From: an uncultured delta proteobacterium
GTDB lineage: Bacteria; Desulfobacterota; Binatia; UBA9968
DNA length: 64,000 bases
Assembly: GCA_963728565.1 (NCBI GenBank)
Contig: CAVSLC010000005.1
Span: 290,438 to 354,437, forward strand
Reading direction: 5' to 3'
Part shown: piece after piece, positions 31,345-41,515 of the stretch
Layout: every line of letters begins with the position of its first letter
How positions within the stretch are numbered: position 1 is the first letter of the stretch
Notes under the pieces: model-generated
The model's database searches: none
The model's input: the letters and a program-made list of their open reading frames with translations, nothing else
What the model was told of the DNA's origin: nothing
Made by a program: the position numbers and the translations under genes

Positions 31345-32780
31345 ACGAGGCGCCGGAAATCCTTCGTGGAAAATTTCTCCAATTGTTTGGTTGGGAGAAG
31401 CGCAAAAGAAGGCAGGAGATACTGGCCACTTTGGTGTGCTATTCACTACTGGCGGCATTATTGTTACTGCCAATCTATTTTCTGCTACCCGCAAGCTTTC
31501 TACGTTGGTTCATACCACTGCCGATCTTTCTTGCGTTAGCGCCGTTTTCATTTGTCGCTCGCCGGTGGCGCCCGGAAGATTCGGCGCGGGCGCTGGCCGA
31601 TCTCGATAAAACGCTGCATTCCGATGAGCGGGCGATAACCGCCTGGGAACTAATCGAAACCAAAGCGGATCGGCCCGCGGCGCTTCTGGTTCTCAAGCAG
31701 GCGGCGGAGCGTCTGAAGATGATCGATCCCAAATCGCTGTTCAGACGGTCCCGGCGCTGGCAGGACTACGCGGTAATTCCACTCTTGCTGGTGTGGGCCG
31801 GTCTTCTCTGGTTCGATGTCGATGTCCGTCTCAGACCTGATGTTCATCCGCTGGCGCAGCAGGGTCTGGCGCAGAAGCTACGGCAATTCTCCCGTGAGCT
31901 TCAAGAAAAGGCCGGCAGCGAAGGGCTGCGCCAAAGTCTCCAGGTTGGCCGGGAACTGGAAAAGGCGGCGCAGAAAAGTATCGAGGCGAAAATCGCCGAT
32001 GACCAATTTAGAAACGAGATTGCTGGGATGAGCAGCAAGGTTGAAGCGGTGGGAAAATCGACCGGCGATGAGCGATCGTTTGCCACTGCGGAGAGCAGGC
32101 AAAGCCTGCAAGATCTCAAAGCCGAACTGGAAGCGGCCCAGGAGCTGCTGAACCTACCTGATAGCGCCAAAGGAGAGCGGGAACTTGGTCAATCATCTCT
32201 GGACCGGCTGGCGACATTACCGCAGCTCAAGCGCCAATTTGACCAGCAGGGTCAGGCAAACCGCTCGATGAGCCAAAGTGAACTGAAATCGTTTCTCGAT
32301 TCCATGGATAAACAGGTCACCGGCGAACTGGACCGGCGCACTCTGCTGGATGCTCAACAGTTCCTCGAACAATTAGCTAAACAGGGACAGAGTGAGAAGA
32401 CGGAAACCAACGCGCGCGTTGCTGGACGGGGCGAGCAGGACCTCCCGGGCGACGGCGAAAAAGCAAAGAGCAACAGCAACCGGCCGGGAAGCGAGCCGGG
32501 AACGAAGGAAGAAAGTCAGCCGGCGCCACAGTTGCCCGCGGCAGCCGCGACTCAGCTGAAAGGCATGATCGGTGAGGGCAACAGTAGCGGCGTTGCCCTG
32601 AAGGGAAAGCCCTCGGCGGGCAAGACCGAAGTTTCGCAAGAGGAGTTGATTGCCACTTACCGGCGACAGGCTGAACAGGAGCTCAGTACCGAGCGCGTTC
32701 CGGAAGCGTTGAAGGAGACCATTAGAAGATATTTTATGTCTTTGGAAACCAAACAACGCGGCGATGATCTAGGAAAGTAG
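31341..32780 (+). CDS. Membrane-anchored coiled-coil protein
   Basis: Three TMs, ERAITAWEL, long helical region, low-complexity G/S/E tail, C-terminal VPEALKETIRRYF motif typical of MoxR-VWA cluster partners. Confidence 0.6.
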   Translation: MNEAPEILRGKFLQLFGWEKRKRRQEILATLVCYSLLAALLLLPIYFLLPASFLRWFIPLPIFLALAPFSFVARRWRPEDSARALADLDKTLHSDERAITAWELIETKADRPAALLVLKQAAERLKMIDPKSLFRRSRRWQDYAVIPLLLVWAGLLWFDVDVRLRPDVHPLAQQGLAQKLRQFSRELQEKAGSEGLRQSLQVGRELEKAAQKSIEAKIADDQFRNEIAGMSSKVEAVGKSTGDERSFATAESRQSLQDLKAELEAAQELLNLPDSAKGERELGQSSLDRLATLPQLKRQFDQQGQANRSMSQSELKSFLDSMDKQVTGELDRRTLLDAQQFLEQLAKQGQSEKTETNARVAGRGEQDLPGDGEKAKSNSNRPGSEPGTKEESQPAPQLPAAAATQLKGMIGEGNSSGVALKGKPSAGKTEVSQEELIATYRRQAEQELSTERVPEALKETIRRYFMSLETKQRGDDLGK

Positions 32781-32854
32781 CCAAGCTCATAACAGCGTTG
32801 CAGGAAATCCATGACCCGCCGGCATAGCCGGATGCAAGAGTAAGGAGTTTAATC

Positions 32855-33871
32855 GTGGAATCCGTCGCAGAGATCGAGCGGCGTATGCAGAGCGCGCGCC
32901 GCTCCTTCGATGAAGTAAAGGCCGAGATGGCGCGGGTAATCGTTGGCCACGAGGACTTGATCGAAGATATCTTTATCGCGCTTGTGTGCGGCGGCCATTG
33001 CTTGCTTGAGGGCGTACCCGGCTTGGGCAAGACATTGCTGGTGCGCAGTCTCGGTGAGATCCTAAGTCTGAGTTTTTCACGTATTCAGTTCACGCCCGAT
33101 CTGATGCCGGCTGACATCACCGGCACCAATATGCTCACTGACGATCCCTCCGGCAGAAAAGTTTTTGAGTTTCAGCGCGGTCCGGTGTTCGCTCACATCG
33201 TCCTGGCCGACGAGATCAATCGCGCCACGCCCAAGACCCAATCCGCTTTATTGGAGGCCATGCAAGAGCAAAACGTCACGGTCGGCGGCAAACTGCATCG
33301 TTTGGAAAATCCCTTCATGGTCCTCGCAACGCAAAATCCAATCGAGATGGAAGGAACTTATCCGCTCCCCGAAGCTCAGGTAGATCGCTTCTTCTTCAAG
33401 CTGCTACTGCAATTTCCAACGCATGCGGAACTTAGCCGCATAGCCGAACTGACGACCGCCGCGCCGCCTGGGCCGCTGCGCGAGATTGTCGATGGTTCGG
33501 CGATTTTGCAAATGCGGCAGTGGGTCAGGGACGTTCCTTTGGCCGAAGTTGTCAAAGATTATGCGGTGCGGATTGTTCTCGGTACCCATCCGCAAAAACA
33601 GCAAGGCAACGGCGCTGCTATGGCGCAAAAATTCGTCATGTACGGCTCCAGCCCGCGAGGGCTGCAGAGCCTGATTCTGGCCGCCAAAGCCCGGGCGCTT
33701 TTTGCCGGAAGACCCAACGTCTCTTTCGAGGACATTCGCGCGATGTTGCTGCCGAGCCTGCGCCATCGTCTGATCCTAAACTTGGAAGCCGATGCCGAAG
33801 GAATCGGTGCCGAAAGGATTCTCCAGGAGATCGTCGCTCAGGTTCCAGAGATTGCGGCAAAAAGCCAATGA
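32855..33871 (+). CDS. MoxR-family AAA+ ATPase
   Basis: LLEGVPGLGKT, RIQFTPDLMPADITG, LADEINRATPKTQSALLEAMQE, ATQNPIEMEGTYPLPEAQVDRF, LRHRL. Confidence 0.95.
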   Translation: MESVAEIERRMQSARRSFDEVKAEMARVIVGHEDLIEDIFIALVCGGHCLLEGVPGLGKTLLVRSLGEILSLSFSRIQFTPDLMPADITGTNMLTDDPSGRKVFEFQRGPVFAHIVLADEINRATPKTQSALLEAMQEQNVTVGGKLHRLENPFMVLATQNPIEMEGTYPLPEAQVDRFFFKLLLQFPTHAELSRIAELTTAAPPGPLREIVDGSAILQMRQWVRDVPLAEVVKDYAVRIVLGTHPQKQQGNGAAMAQKFVMYGSSPRGLQSLILAAKARALFAGRPNVSFEDIRAMLLPSLRHRLILNLEADAEGIGAERILQEIVAQVPEIAAKSQ

Positions 33872-34905
33872 ATTACGGATTTCGCGTCGCGAATTTTCAA
33901 AATCGGCTCAAACAGTCCTGCGCATCCATACAACAGGGTCTTATCTCGTCGATGCGGTTCTCTGGCGCGCTTTTCCTAACGCGCTCAGCACAAGAGCCCC
34001 CTCAGGCGGCCGCTCCGCAGGAATCCCCACAGACCTTTTTCGACGCGGAATTCCTCAAAAAAATCGAACGGCTTCGGCTGGTCGCAAAGCGGCTCAGTTG
34101 GGCGGGCGCCAAAGGCGAGCACGCGGTTTCACGAAAAGGTTTCAGCTTGGAGTTCTCCGATTACCGCAACTATCAACCAGGCGATGATTTACGTTATGTC
34201 GATTGGAACATCTACCGGCGTCTCGAGCGGCTGTTGGTGAAAGTGTTTACCGCAGAGGAAGAAATGAATATCTACCTGTTGGTCGACACGAGCCGCTCGA
34301 TGGCGCAAGGATCGCCTACGAAAATCGACTATGCCAGGAGAGTTGCTGCGGCGTTGGGCTACATCGGCCTGAAAAACTTGGATCGGGTTGGCGGCGCGTC
34401 GTTTGCCGACACGTTGCACACGCCGCTGACCTTGGGGAGGGGACGAAAGCAGATCCTGCGCTTATTTAACTTTCTCGGCGGGCTGTCCTGCAGCGGTGCA
34501 ACCGACTTGCGCCTGGCCGCGCACTCGTTTTGTCGTCTGTTTCCTCATGCCGGCTTGGTGATCGTCGTCAGTGATCTCTTCGATCCCGCCGGCTGGCGCG
34601 CCGCGCTCCAGGAACTCGCGATGAAAAAACACCAAATTCTGCTGATTCACATCATCGACGAACAGGAAAGCAGTCCCCAGCCCGCGGGTGACATCACCTT
34701 GCGCGATGTCGAAGGCGGGCATGAGCGTAAAATTTTCTTGGATGCGGAACTGGTGCGTCGTTATCAGCAGGAACTGCGCCGCTATCTCGGTGAAATCGAG
34801 GCTACTTGCGCCAGCCGCCAGATCGATTACCTGCGCACCACGACGCAAATTCCCTTCGAAGAATTTGTTTTGAAAACGCTGCGGCAAGCGAGCAGCGTAA
34901 ACTAA
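33868..34905 (+). CDS. DUF58 domain protein
   Basis: EFSDYRNYQPGDDLRYVDWN, DTSRSM, DRVG, VSDLF; ATGA overlap with the MoxR gene. Confidence 0.9.
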   Translation: MNYGFRVANFQNRLKQSCASIQQGLISSMRFSGALFLTRSAQEPPQAAAPQESPQTFFDAEFLKKIERLRLVAKRLSWAGAKGEHAVSRKGFSLEFSDYRNYQPGDDLRYVDWNIYRRLERLLVKVFTAEEEMNIYLLVDTSRSMAQGSPTKIDYARRVAAALGYIGLKNLDRVGGASFADTLHTPLTLGRGRKQILRLFNFLGGLSCSGATDLRLAAHSFCRLFPHAGLVIVVSDLFDPAGWRAALQELAMKKHQILLIHIIDEQESSPQPAGDITLRDVEGGHERKIFLDAELVRRYQQELRRYLGEIEATCASRQIDYLRTTTQIPFEEFVLKTLRQASSVN

Positions 34906-34909
34906 AAAG

Positions 34910-37900
34910 ATGCTCTGGGGTTTTCCGCACGCACTGCTGCTTCTCGCCGGCGCTGTCCCGCTGATTCTTCTCCTGCATAGTCTTAAACCGAAAGGGTTCA
35001 AGCTCGACACCACCACGCTGTTTCTCTGGGAGCGTGTGCTCAACGAGCAGCCGTTGGCGACTCGGCTGGGATGGTTGCTGCGCAAGAATCTGCTTTTGAT
35101 TTTACAAATTGTTGCCGCGACGATGCTCATCACCGCCCTCGCTGATCCGGCGTTGCGCCATTTCGGCGCATTATCGGGAGATACCGTGGTGGTCATGGAC
35201 CTGAGCGCCAGTATGAAGGCCAAGGGCAGCTCAGGGCCACGTTTCGAGGCGGCGCGTCGCGAGTTTCTATCACTGATCGATGGCTTGGCCGCGCATCGAA
35301 AGATTATGGTCATCGGCGCCGGCGCGCAGCCGCGGCTGCTCCAACCGTTTACGGCGGACAAGAGAAGGCTGCGCCAGCTGGCGCGCGATATAACTGCCAC
35401 TGACGCTCCCGGTCGGGTGAAAGAAGCAATTCTTTTTGCTCATGCGTTTCTCAAGCGGGACAGCCCCGATCGGGTGGTGGTGATCAGTGACGGCGCGTTC
35501 GCTGGTGCCGAAGAGTATAGCCGTCCGGCGAGCCATCTTCGTTTCATCACAATCGAAGGTGGAAATAACAACATCGGCATTGTCGGCTTCGAATTGCGCC
35601 GTCATCCCGAGCGCAGGTCCCAGGTCGAAGTCATGGTGCACGTGAAGAACTTTACCGCACGCTCGGCGCGTGTGCCGCTGACATTGGCGATGGGCGAAAA
35701 GACGCAGGTGCAAGAAGTCGTCGAGTTGGAGCCCGACGGCCGGAAGATCTTGATTTATCCCCTTGAAAGCTCGCCCCACGGAACGCTGGTCGCTCGCCTC
35801 GACATCGAGGACGACTTTGCCACCGACAATCGCGCTTATCTGGCGCTAAGCGATGCGCCCCCACTGCGAGTTCTTTATGTCGGTCCGGGAAATCCGTTTC
35901 TAGCCAATCTGTTCCGTTTTTTTCCTCATGTGCAAGTCAACACGGCGCCCGAATGGGATCCCAATGCAGCGTCATCTGACTACGATGTCGTAATCTTCGA
36001 CAGTGTCCCGGCGCCTCGGTTGGCGCAAGGAAATTTTATTTTGATCAACACGCTGGCGCCGAATTTGCCGTTGCGGCTGCACGGCGCGGTCAAGACGCCG
36101 CGAGTTGTTTCTCAACCGGCAAAGCATCCTGTCACCGAAGGCTTGACTCTCGGCGATCTGCATGTGCAGGCATCACTGCGCTTGGCCCTCAGCGGCGAAG
36201 GAACCATTCTTGCTCGTTCGCCGGAGAGCCCACTAATTGTGGCGATCGAAAAGGGCAACCTCCGGGCGCTGGTGATCGGCTTCGCTCTGACGGACTCGGA
36301 TCTACCGCTTAGAGTGGCCTTTCCAGTTCTGGTTCATAATGCCTTGGAGTGGTTCCAGCCCCGGCACGTCGAATTCCCCGCGCGCGGCACGCAATCGGGT
36401 AGTGCCATCTCGCTGCGGCTTCCGGCGGGCGAGGGCGACATCGAGTTGACGACGCCGTCGGGCAGGAAAGAAACTTACACGTCCGCGACCCAGCCGTTGC
36501 TATTCACCGATACTTTTGAAGCGGGTATCTATACCTACAGAAATTCCGCCGCAGAAAACCGCTTTGCGACCAATCTTTTCGATGAAGGCGAGTCGCAAAT
36601 CGCACCGCGTGTCAACGTCGGCGTCACGGCCACGGACGCGGACGTTGGGCTCAAGCAAAATCTCGACGCCGGGTTCTCGTTATGGCCGGCGCTCTTAGTC
36701 GCGGCGCTGGTTGTGCTCGCCCTTGAAACGGCTCTGGCGTTTCGTAGCCGAATGCCGTTCTTTCCACTCGCGGTACGCGCCGCAGCACTGGTCGCTTTGA
36801 TCCTGGCGCTGCTTAATCCGGAGATTTTTCAATCAACCACGGCTCTGGACGTTGTGCTCGATGTCGATCTCTCGCGCAGCGTTGGACAGGAAGCCAGGGA
36901 AAAAGCGCGGCAGGTGCTCGAAGCCGTCGGACATGCGAATAAGCCGGAAACGCGCACCGGCATGGTCGTGTTTGGCCGCGCGCCCGAATGGGAGTTTCTG
37001 CCGCGCGAGAGATTTCCCGCCGTGGATGCGGCGTTGCGGTTGGATCGCGAGGAGACAGACATTCAAGCGGCCCTGCAGGCGTCGTTAGCGCAAATTGGCG
37101 AGGGGCGTCAGGGCAAGATTCTTCTGATCTCCGACGGCAACGAAAACCGCGGCGAGATCTCGCGCATTATTCCCCTACTGCGTTCCCACGGTACTCAGGT
37201 CTGGACCCTTCCAGTAAGCCTGTCGCGGGGCAGGAATGAAGTCTACCTCAGCGATCTGGCCTCGCCGCGCCAGGTGGACAGCGGCGAAGGTTTTGAAGTC
37301 GCCGGCAAGATCGAAAGTCTTCGAGACGCACCGGCGCGCATCAAACTATTGCGTGACGGTGTCTTAATCCATGACCAGGAGCTTCAATTACGATCCGGAA
37401 CCAACCAGGTGAGCTTTCGTGAAAGCTTGTTCGAGCGCGGCAACCACAGTTATGAACTGCTTCTGGAGTCGCGCGACGATACCCTTGCTGAAAACAATTT
37501 GCTGCAAGGCGTGGTTGAAGTGAAAGGGGCGCCAAGGGTTTTGCTCCTGTCGGGAAACAATGACAGCCAGCAATTCCTCTCCAAAGCGCTGCAGGTCCAG
37601 GGTTATGCCGTCGTTCAATCGGCGCCGGAAAAAACATCCCTGACGCTCACGGATCTTTCTTCGTTTGATCTCCTGGTGCTCGATAATGTGCCGGCTTTTC
37701 AATTGACGGATGCCAAGATGGAAAACATTGAAAAGTACGTGCGCGATCTGGGCGGCGGTTTGTTGGTCATTGGCGGCTCGCAGAGTTATGGCGCCGGCGG
37801 CTACTATCGAACCGCTCTGGAGCGGGTTCTTCCGGTCGACATGCGCCCGCCTGCAAGGCTTGATTTGCCTCACGTAGCGCTGCTCTTCGTACTCGACAAA

Positions 37901-39238
37901 TCCGGCAGCATGGGCGCCGGCCAGGAGGGCAGCACCAAGCTTGACTTAGCCAAGGCCGCGGCGGTCGCGGCCGCGGACATCATGAACCCGACCGACCAGG
38001 TGGGCATCATCGGCTTCGATGCCGCGTGGGATTGGGTGCTGCCGTTTCGTCCGGTAGGCAACGGTGAATGGATTTCAGAAAAGCTTGCGGCGCTGCAGTC
38101 GGATGGCGGCACCGACCTCTACAAGGCCTTGGTGGAGGCGCATCGCGCCGTTGCCGCCAAACAAGCCGCCATCAAGCACGTGATTGTTCTTTCCGATGGA
38201 CTTACCGACAAAGCGGATTTCCAGGGGCTCGGGCAACGGATGGCGCGCGACGGCATTACCGTTTCGACCGTTTCCGTCGGCAGTGATGCCGACGTCCAGC
38301 TCATGGCCGATATTGCCAAAGAGGGCAAAGGAAGAGGCTATGTGGCGTTGGACCCACAAACCATCCCGCAGATCTTTACCGCGGAAACCTTGCTGATCTC
38401 GCGCGATCTGCTGGTCGACAGACTTTTCACCCCGAGCATTGTCGCGCCCGTGGGCCCGCTGAAAGGCATCAGCCAAGCCAGTGTGCCGCCGCTGCGTGGT
38501 TACGTTCTCACCTACGCGAAACCGCGCTCTGAGCTGCTTATGAGCGCCGACAAAGATCCTCTGCTGGTGTCGTGGCGCTACGGTGTCGGGCGGGTAATGG
38601 CGTTTACCTCGGATCTAAGCGGCCGTTGGGGAAAAGAATGGGTGACTTGGCCGGGCTTTCCGCAATGGGCCAGCCAGCTGGCTCGCGATACAATGCGCAA
38701 GTTTCTTGAAACTACAATGCGCGCCGAATTACAACCGGATGGCGAGGCTGTAAAAGTTGTAGCCGACTTGTTGTCCAAAGAAGGCAAGTTCCTAAATCAT
38801 CTCAAGCTCAGGAGCAACATCGTGACGCCGAACAAAACGACCCTCGAGCAAGCTCTTCAGCAAAGCGCGCCGGGACGGTACGAAACCAAATTCATCCCAT
38901 CACAGCGCGGCATTCACTTATTGACGCTCTATGCCGAAGGAGAGTCGGGCGAAGCAGGCCAGCCGGTGGGATCGATTCCTTACATCGCTCCCTATCCGAA
39001 AGAATACCGTGAACTGAAGCCGAACACCGGTCTCCTCAGCCGCCTTGCCGAGGAGACCGGCGGAGAAATGATCGATGCCGATAAGCTCGAAGAGGGCGTC
39101 GCCCGCCTCTACACGCCGACCCCGGGCAAGGGCAGACGCGGTCAAGAAATTTGGTGGCCGCTTGCGGGTTTGGGGCTAGTGTTATTCCTTGTCGATCTGG
39201 TAATGCGGAGTTGGCCGCGCAGGTCCGCGCAGGTATAG
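34910..39238 (+). CDS. Large BatA-like/multi-VWA membrane protein with GATase1-like domains, 1442 aa
   Basis: BatA N-terminus (PLILLLH...LLLILQI...ALADP); three MIDAS-like motifs (DLSASM, DLSRSV, DKSGSM) with SDG partners; DNRAY/ENN Ig-like segments; GGGLLVIGGSQSYGAGGY; C-terminal TM. Confidence 0.85.
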   Translation: MLWGFPHALLLLAGAVPLILLLHSLKPKGFKLDTTTLFLWERVLNEQPLATRLGWLLRKNLLLILQIVAATMLITALADPALRHFGALSGDTVVVMDLSASMKAKGSSGPRFEAARREFLSLIDGLAAHRKIMVIGAGAQPRLLQPFTADKRRLRQLARDITATDAPGRVKEAILFAHAFLKRDSPDRVVVISDGAFAGAEEYSRPASHLRFITIEGGNNNIGIVGFELRRHPERRSQVEVMVHVKNFTARSARVPLTLAMGEKTQVQEVVELEPDGRKILIYPLESSPHGTLVARLDIEDDFATDNRAYLALSDAPPLRVLYVGPGNPFLANLFRFFPHVQVNTAPEWDPNAASSDYDVVIFDSVPAPRLAQGNFILINTLAPNLPLRLHGAVKTPRVVSQPAKHPVTEGLTLGDLHVQASLRLALSGEGTILARSPESPLIVAIEKGNLRALVIGFALTDSDLPLRVAFPVLVHNALEWFQPRHVEFPARGTQSGSAISLRLPAGEGDIELTTPSGRKETYTSATQPLLFTDTFEAGIYTYRNSAAENRFATNLFDEGESQIAPRVNVGVTATDADVGLKQNLDAGFSLWPALLVAALVVLALETALAFRSRMPFFPLAVRAAALVALILALLNPEIFQSTTALDVVLDVDLSRSVGQEAREKARQVLEAVGHANKPETRTGMVVFGRAPEWEFLPRERFPAVDAALRLDREETDIQAALQASLAQIGEGRQGKILLISDGNENRGEISRIIPLLRSHGTQVWTLPVSLSRGRNEVYLSDLASPRQVDSGEGFEVAGKIESLRDAPARIKLLRDGVLIHDQELQLRSGTNQVSFRESLFERGNHSYELLLESRDDTLAENNLLQGVVEVKGAPRVLLLSGNNDSQQFLSKALQVQGYAVVQSAPEKTSLTLTDLSSFDLLVLDNVPAFQLTDAKMENIEKYVRDLGGGLLVIGGSQSYGAGGYYRTALERVLPVDMRPPARLDLPHVALLFVLDKSGSMGAGQEGSTKLDLAKAAAVAAADIMNPTDQVGIIGFDAAWDWVLPFRPVGNGEWISEKLAALQSDGGTDLYKALVEAHRAVAAKQAAIKHVIVLSDGLTDKADFQGLGQRMARDGITVSTVSVGSDADVQLMADIAKEGKGRGYVALDPQTIPQIFTAETLLISRDLLVDRLFTPSIVAPVGPLKGISQASVPPLRGYVLTYAKPRSELLMSADKDPLLVSWRYGVGRVMAFTSDLSGRWGKEWVTWPGFPQWASQLARDTMRKFLETTMRAELQPDGEAVKVVADLLSKEGKFLNHLKLRSNIVTPNKTTLEQALQQSAPGRYETKFIPSQRGIHLLTLYAEGESGEAGQPVGSIPYIAPYPKEYRELKPNTGLLSRLAEETGGEMIDADKLEEGVARLYTPTPGKGRRGQEIWWPLAGLGLVLFLVDLVMRSWPRRSAQV

Positions 39239-39431
39239 GGCCTATCATGTTCGTCGATTTTGTCGATTGCGCCCGATTCGCTCTCGGCGTAAAACGCCCA
39301 TGGAGGCGAGGATCTCAAGGATATCGCTCGAACGCTTTAGGACAACCGGCAAACAAACTGTCAGGCGAGCAATATCGAGTGGGAAATATCGTTGACCAGC
39401 TAGTAATCAACTCGAACGGAAAATTACTTAG

Positions 39432-39626
39432 ATGACATCCTTCATAGCCCCGGTGATATGCGGCATATGCAAGCGAACTTTCGGCGAACTAAGTGGCGCA
39501 GCGTGCAAACAGTGTCGAAGGATTTTGTGCCGAAGACACTTCCTGAAAGGCTTGTGGAAAAAACAATCCGGCATCTGCTCTGAATGCATGGACAAGAACT
39601 CTGCGGCACAGCAGCCGAGAAAATAA
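39432..39626 (+). CDS. Small Cys/His-rich putative two-zinc finger protein, 64 aa
   Basis: CxxC-x11-CxxC-x4-CxxH-x12-CxxC pattern; RBS weak. Confidence 0.6.
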   Translation: MTSFIAPVICGICKRTFGELSGAACKQCRRILCRRHFLKGLWKKQSGICSECMDKNSAAQQPRK

Positions 39627-39812
39627 TTGGTCTTCATCGCTTTTCTGTGTCCCAAGTTGCCCGATAACACCGTGGCGCTGCGCTTTGGCCTTTCATCGGC
39701 CGTAGCACTTTATCCGCGACGGTAAGGTGTATGTGTATATGGTTACATGGCGAAGGCGGTTTGGAATCCTGCGAGCAGATTTGCTACAACACTAGGAAGC
39801 TTCAAGGAGCCC

Positions 39813-40156
39813 ATGTATGAGCCAGCGGGAAATAAAAGGATATCACGCGCATATATACTATGATCCGGCGAGCCGCGAAGCGGCGGCGCGGGTGCGCGCA
39901 GGGCTGGCGAACTTCAATGTTCAGCTTGGCAGCTGGCATGACGAGCCCGTTGGACCTCATCCGCAAGGCGATGTACCAGGCGCTGTTTGCAAATGACGAA
40001 TTCGCCCGAGTTGTTCCCTGGTTGATGGTTAATCGGCAAGGCTTAACCGTGTTGGTCCATCCATCGACCGGCGACGCGTATGGAGATCATATTGACCGTT
40101 CTCTTTGGCTGGGAGAAGTTTTGCAGCTCAAAACAGAGGTGCTGCGGCGCAGCTGA
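39813..40156 (+). CDS. DOPA 4,5-dioxygenase family protein; frameshift near 39964
   Basis: AAGGAG RBS; MYEPAEIKGYHAHIYYD...WHDEPVGPHP joined to KAMYQ...PWLMVNRQGLTVLVHP...DH...WLG. Confidence 0.85.
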
Positions 40157-40175
40157 TGAAAGTGATGGAACGATA

Positions 40176-40541
40176 ATGAAGAAGGTCTATTGCGCCAAAG
40201 ATCCCCTGATGATCGGCCATCTCAGAAACGTTCTGGGCGCCTACGGTATTAGGTGCGTCACCAAAAATCTTGATCTCTCCACTGCTGCGGGCGAACTCCC
40301 CCCCATCGATTGCTGGCCCGAACTGTGGGTTGAGGACGAGCAGCTTATCAGAGCCAGGTCGATCTTAAAAAAGACCATGGCGCCGTTGAAGTCGGTCAAG
40401 AAGCCATGGACCTGTGGCGCCTGCGCTGAGGAGATCGAAGGACAATTCACCGAGTGCTGGAAGTGCGGCAGGAGTCGTTCTCATGGACTTACTCGCCGGG
40501 GTAATGTCGTCTCTCTCTCTGAGTTCTTGCGAAACAGATAA
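40176..40541 (+). CDS. DUF2007-type protein with C-terminal RanBP2-like zinc ribbon
   Basis: GELPP...ELWV, WTCGAC.EEIEGQFTECWKCG. Confidence 0.75.
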   Translation: MKKVYCAKDPLMIGHLRNVLGAYGIRCVTKNLDLSTAAGELPPIDCWPELWVEDEQLIRARSILKKTMAPLKSVKKPWTCGACAEEIEGQFTECWKCGRSRSHGLTRRGNVVSLSEFLRNR

Positions 40542-40570
40542 TTCTCTCTCAATCGCCTGAAGGAGTTTCC

Positions 40571-41512
40571 ATGGAGTACCGTCAGCTGGGCAATGCCGGA
40601 GTGCGCGTTTCTGCGATCGGACTTGGCGCCAATCGTTTCGGTTCAAAGGAAGTAGGCCAGGCGGAGGTCGACAGCATCATTAATCAAGCTCTCGATCTTG
40701 GAGTAAATTTTTTCGACACCGCTAACGTTTACACCGAAGGCCGGTCCGAAGAAACCTTGGGACATGCGCTGAAAGGGCGCATGGATCAAGTGGTCATGGC
40801 CAGCAAGTTTTCATTTCCGAGAAAAACCGATCCAAACTCTTGGGGCGCATCGCGTTACCACATGATGCAGGCCCTTGACGCGAGTTTGCGCCGGCTGCAG
40901 ACCGACCATATCGATCTTTATTATAGCCATCGCTGGGATGCCTCGACGCCGATCCAGGAAACGTTGCGGGCCTTGGATGACGTCATTCGTATGGGTAAAG
41001 TGCGCTACATTGGCGCGTCGGCTTATGCGTCATGGCAGTTGGCTCACGCCAACGTTTTGGCCGAATTGAGGGGCTGGTCCGCCTTTGTGGTTATTCAATC
41101 CGAGTACAATTTGCTACGGCGCGATGTTGAAAGAGAAGTGTTACCTTACTGCCGCGCTCATCGAGTGGGCTTCGTTCCCTATTATCCGCTGGCAGGCGGC
41201 TTTCTCACCGGCAAATACGAGCAAGGCAAACCGGCGCCGGCGGGCTCTCGCGGCGCGACTACCAGAAATGTGCAAGAGCTCATGACCGAGTCTAATTACG
41301 ATCGGGTCAGCCGATTAGCGGCCTGGGCCAAGGCTCGGGGGCGTGGCATCAATGAGCTGGCGCAGGCATGGCTACTGGCGCAGCCGCCTGTTTGCTCCGT
41401 GATCTCCGGCGCGACCAAGGCTGAACAAGTCGTGAGCAATGTAAAAGCCAGCGATTGGCAGCTAACAGCTGAAGAGCTCAAAGAAGTAGACGCAATGATA
41501 AAGCTGTATTGA
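40571..41512 (+). CDS. Aldo/keto reductase
   Basis: MEYRQLG, FDTANVY, SLRRLQTDHIDLY, GKVRYIG, PYYPLAGGFLTGKY. Confidence 0.93.
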   Translation: MEYRQLGNAGVRVSAIGLGANRFGSKEVGQAEVDSIINQALDLGVNFFDTANVYTEGRSEETLGHALKGRMDQVVMASKFSFPRKTDPNSWGASRYHMMQALDASLRRLQTDHIDLYYSHRWDASTPIQETLRALDDVIRMGKVRYIGASAYASWQLAHANVLAELRGWSAFVVIQSEYNLLRRDVEREVLPYCRAHRVGFVPYYPLAGGFLTGKYEQGKPAPAGSRGATTRNVQELMTESNYDRVSRLAAWAKARGRGINELAQAWLLAQPPVCSVISGATKAEQVVSNVKASDWQLTAEELKEVDAMIKLY

Positions 41513-41515
41513 CTA

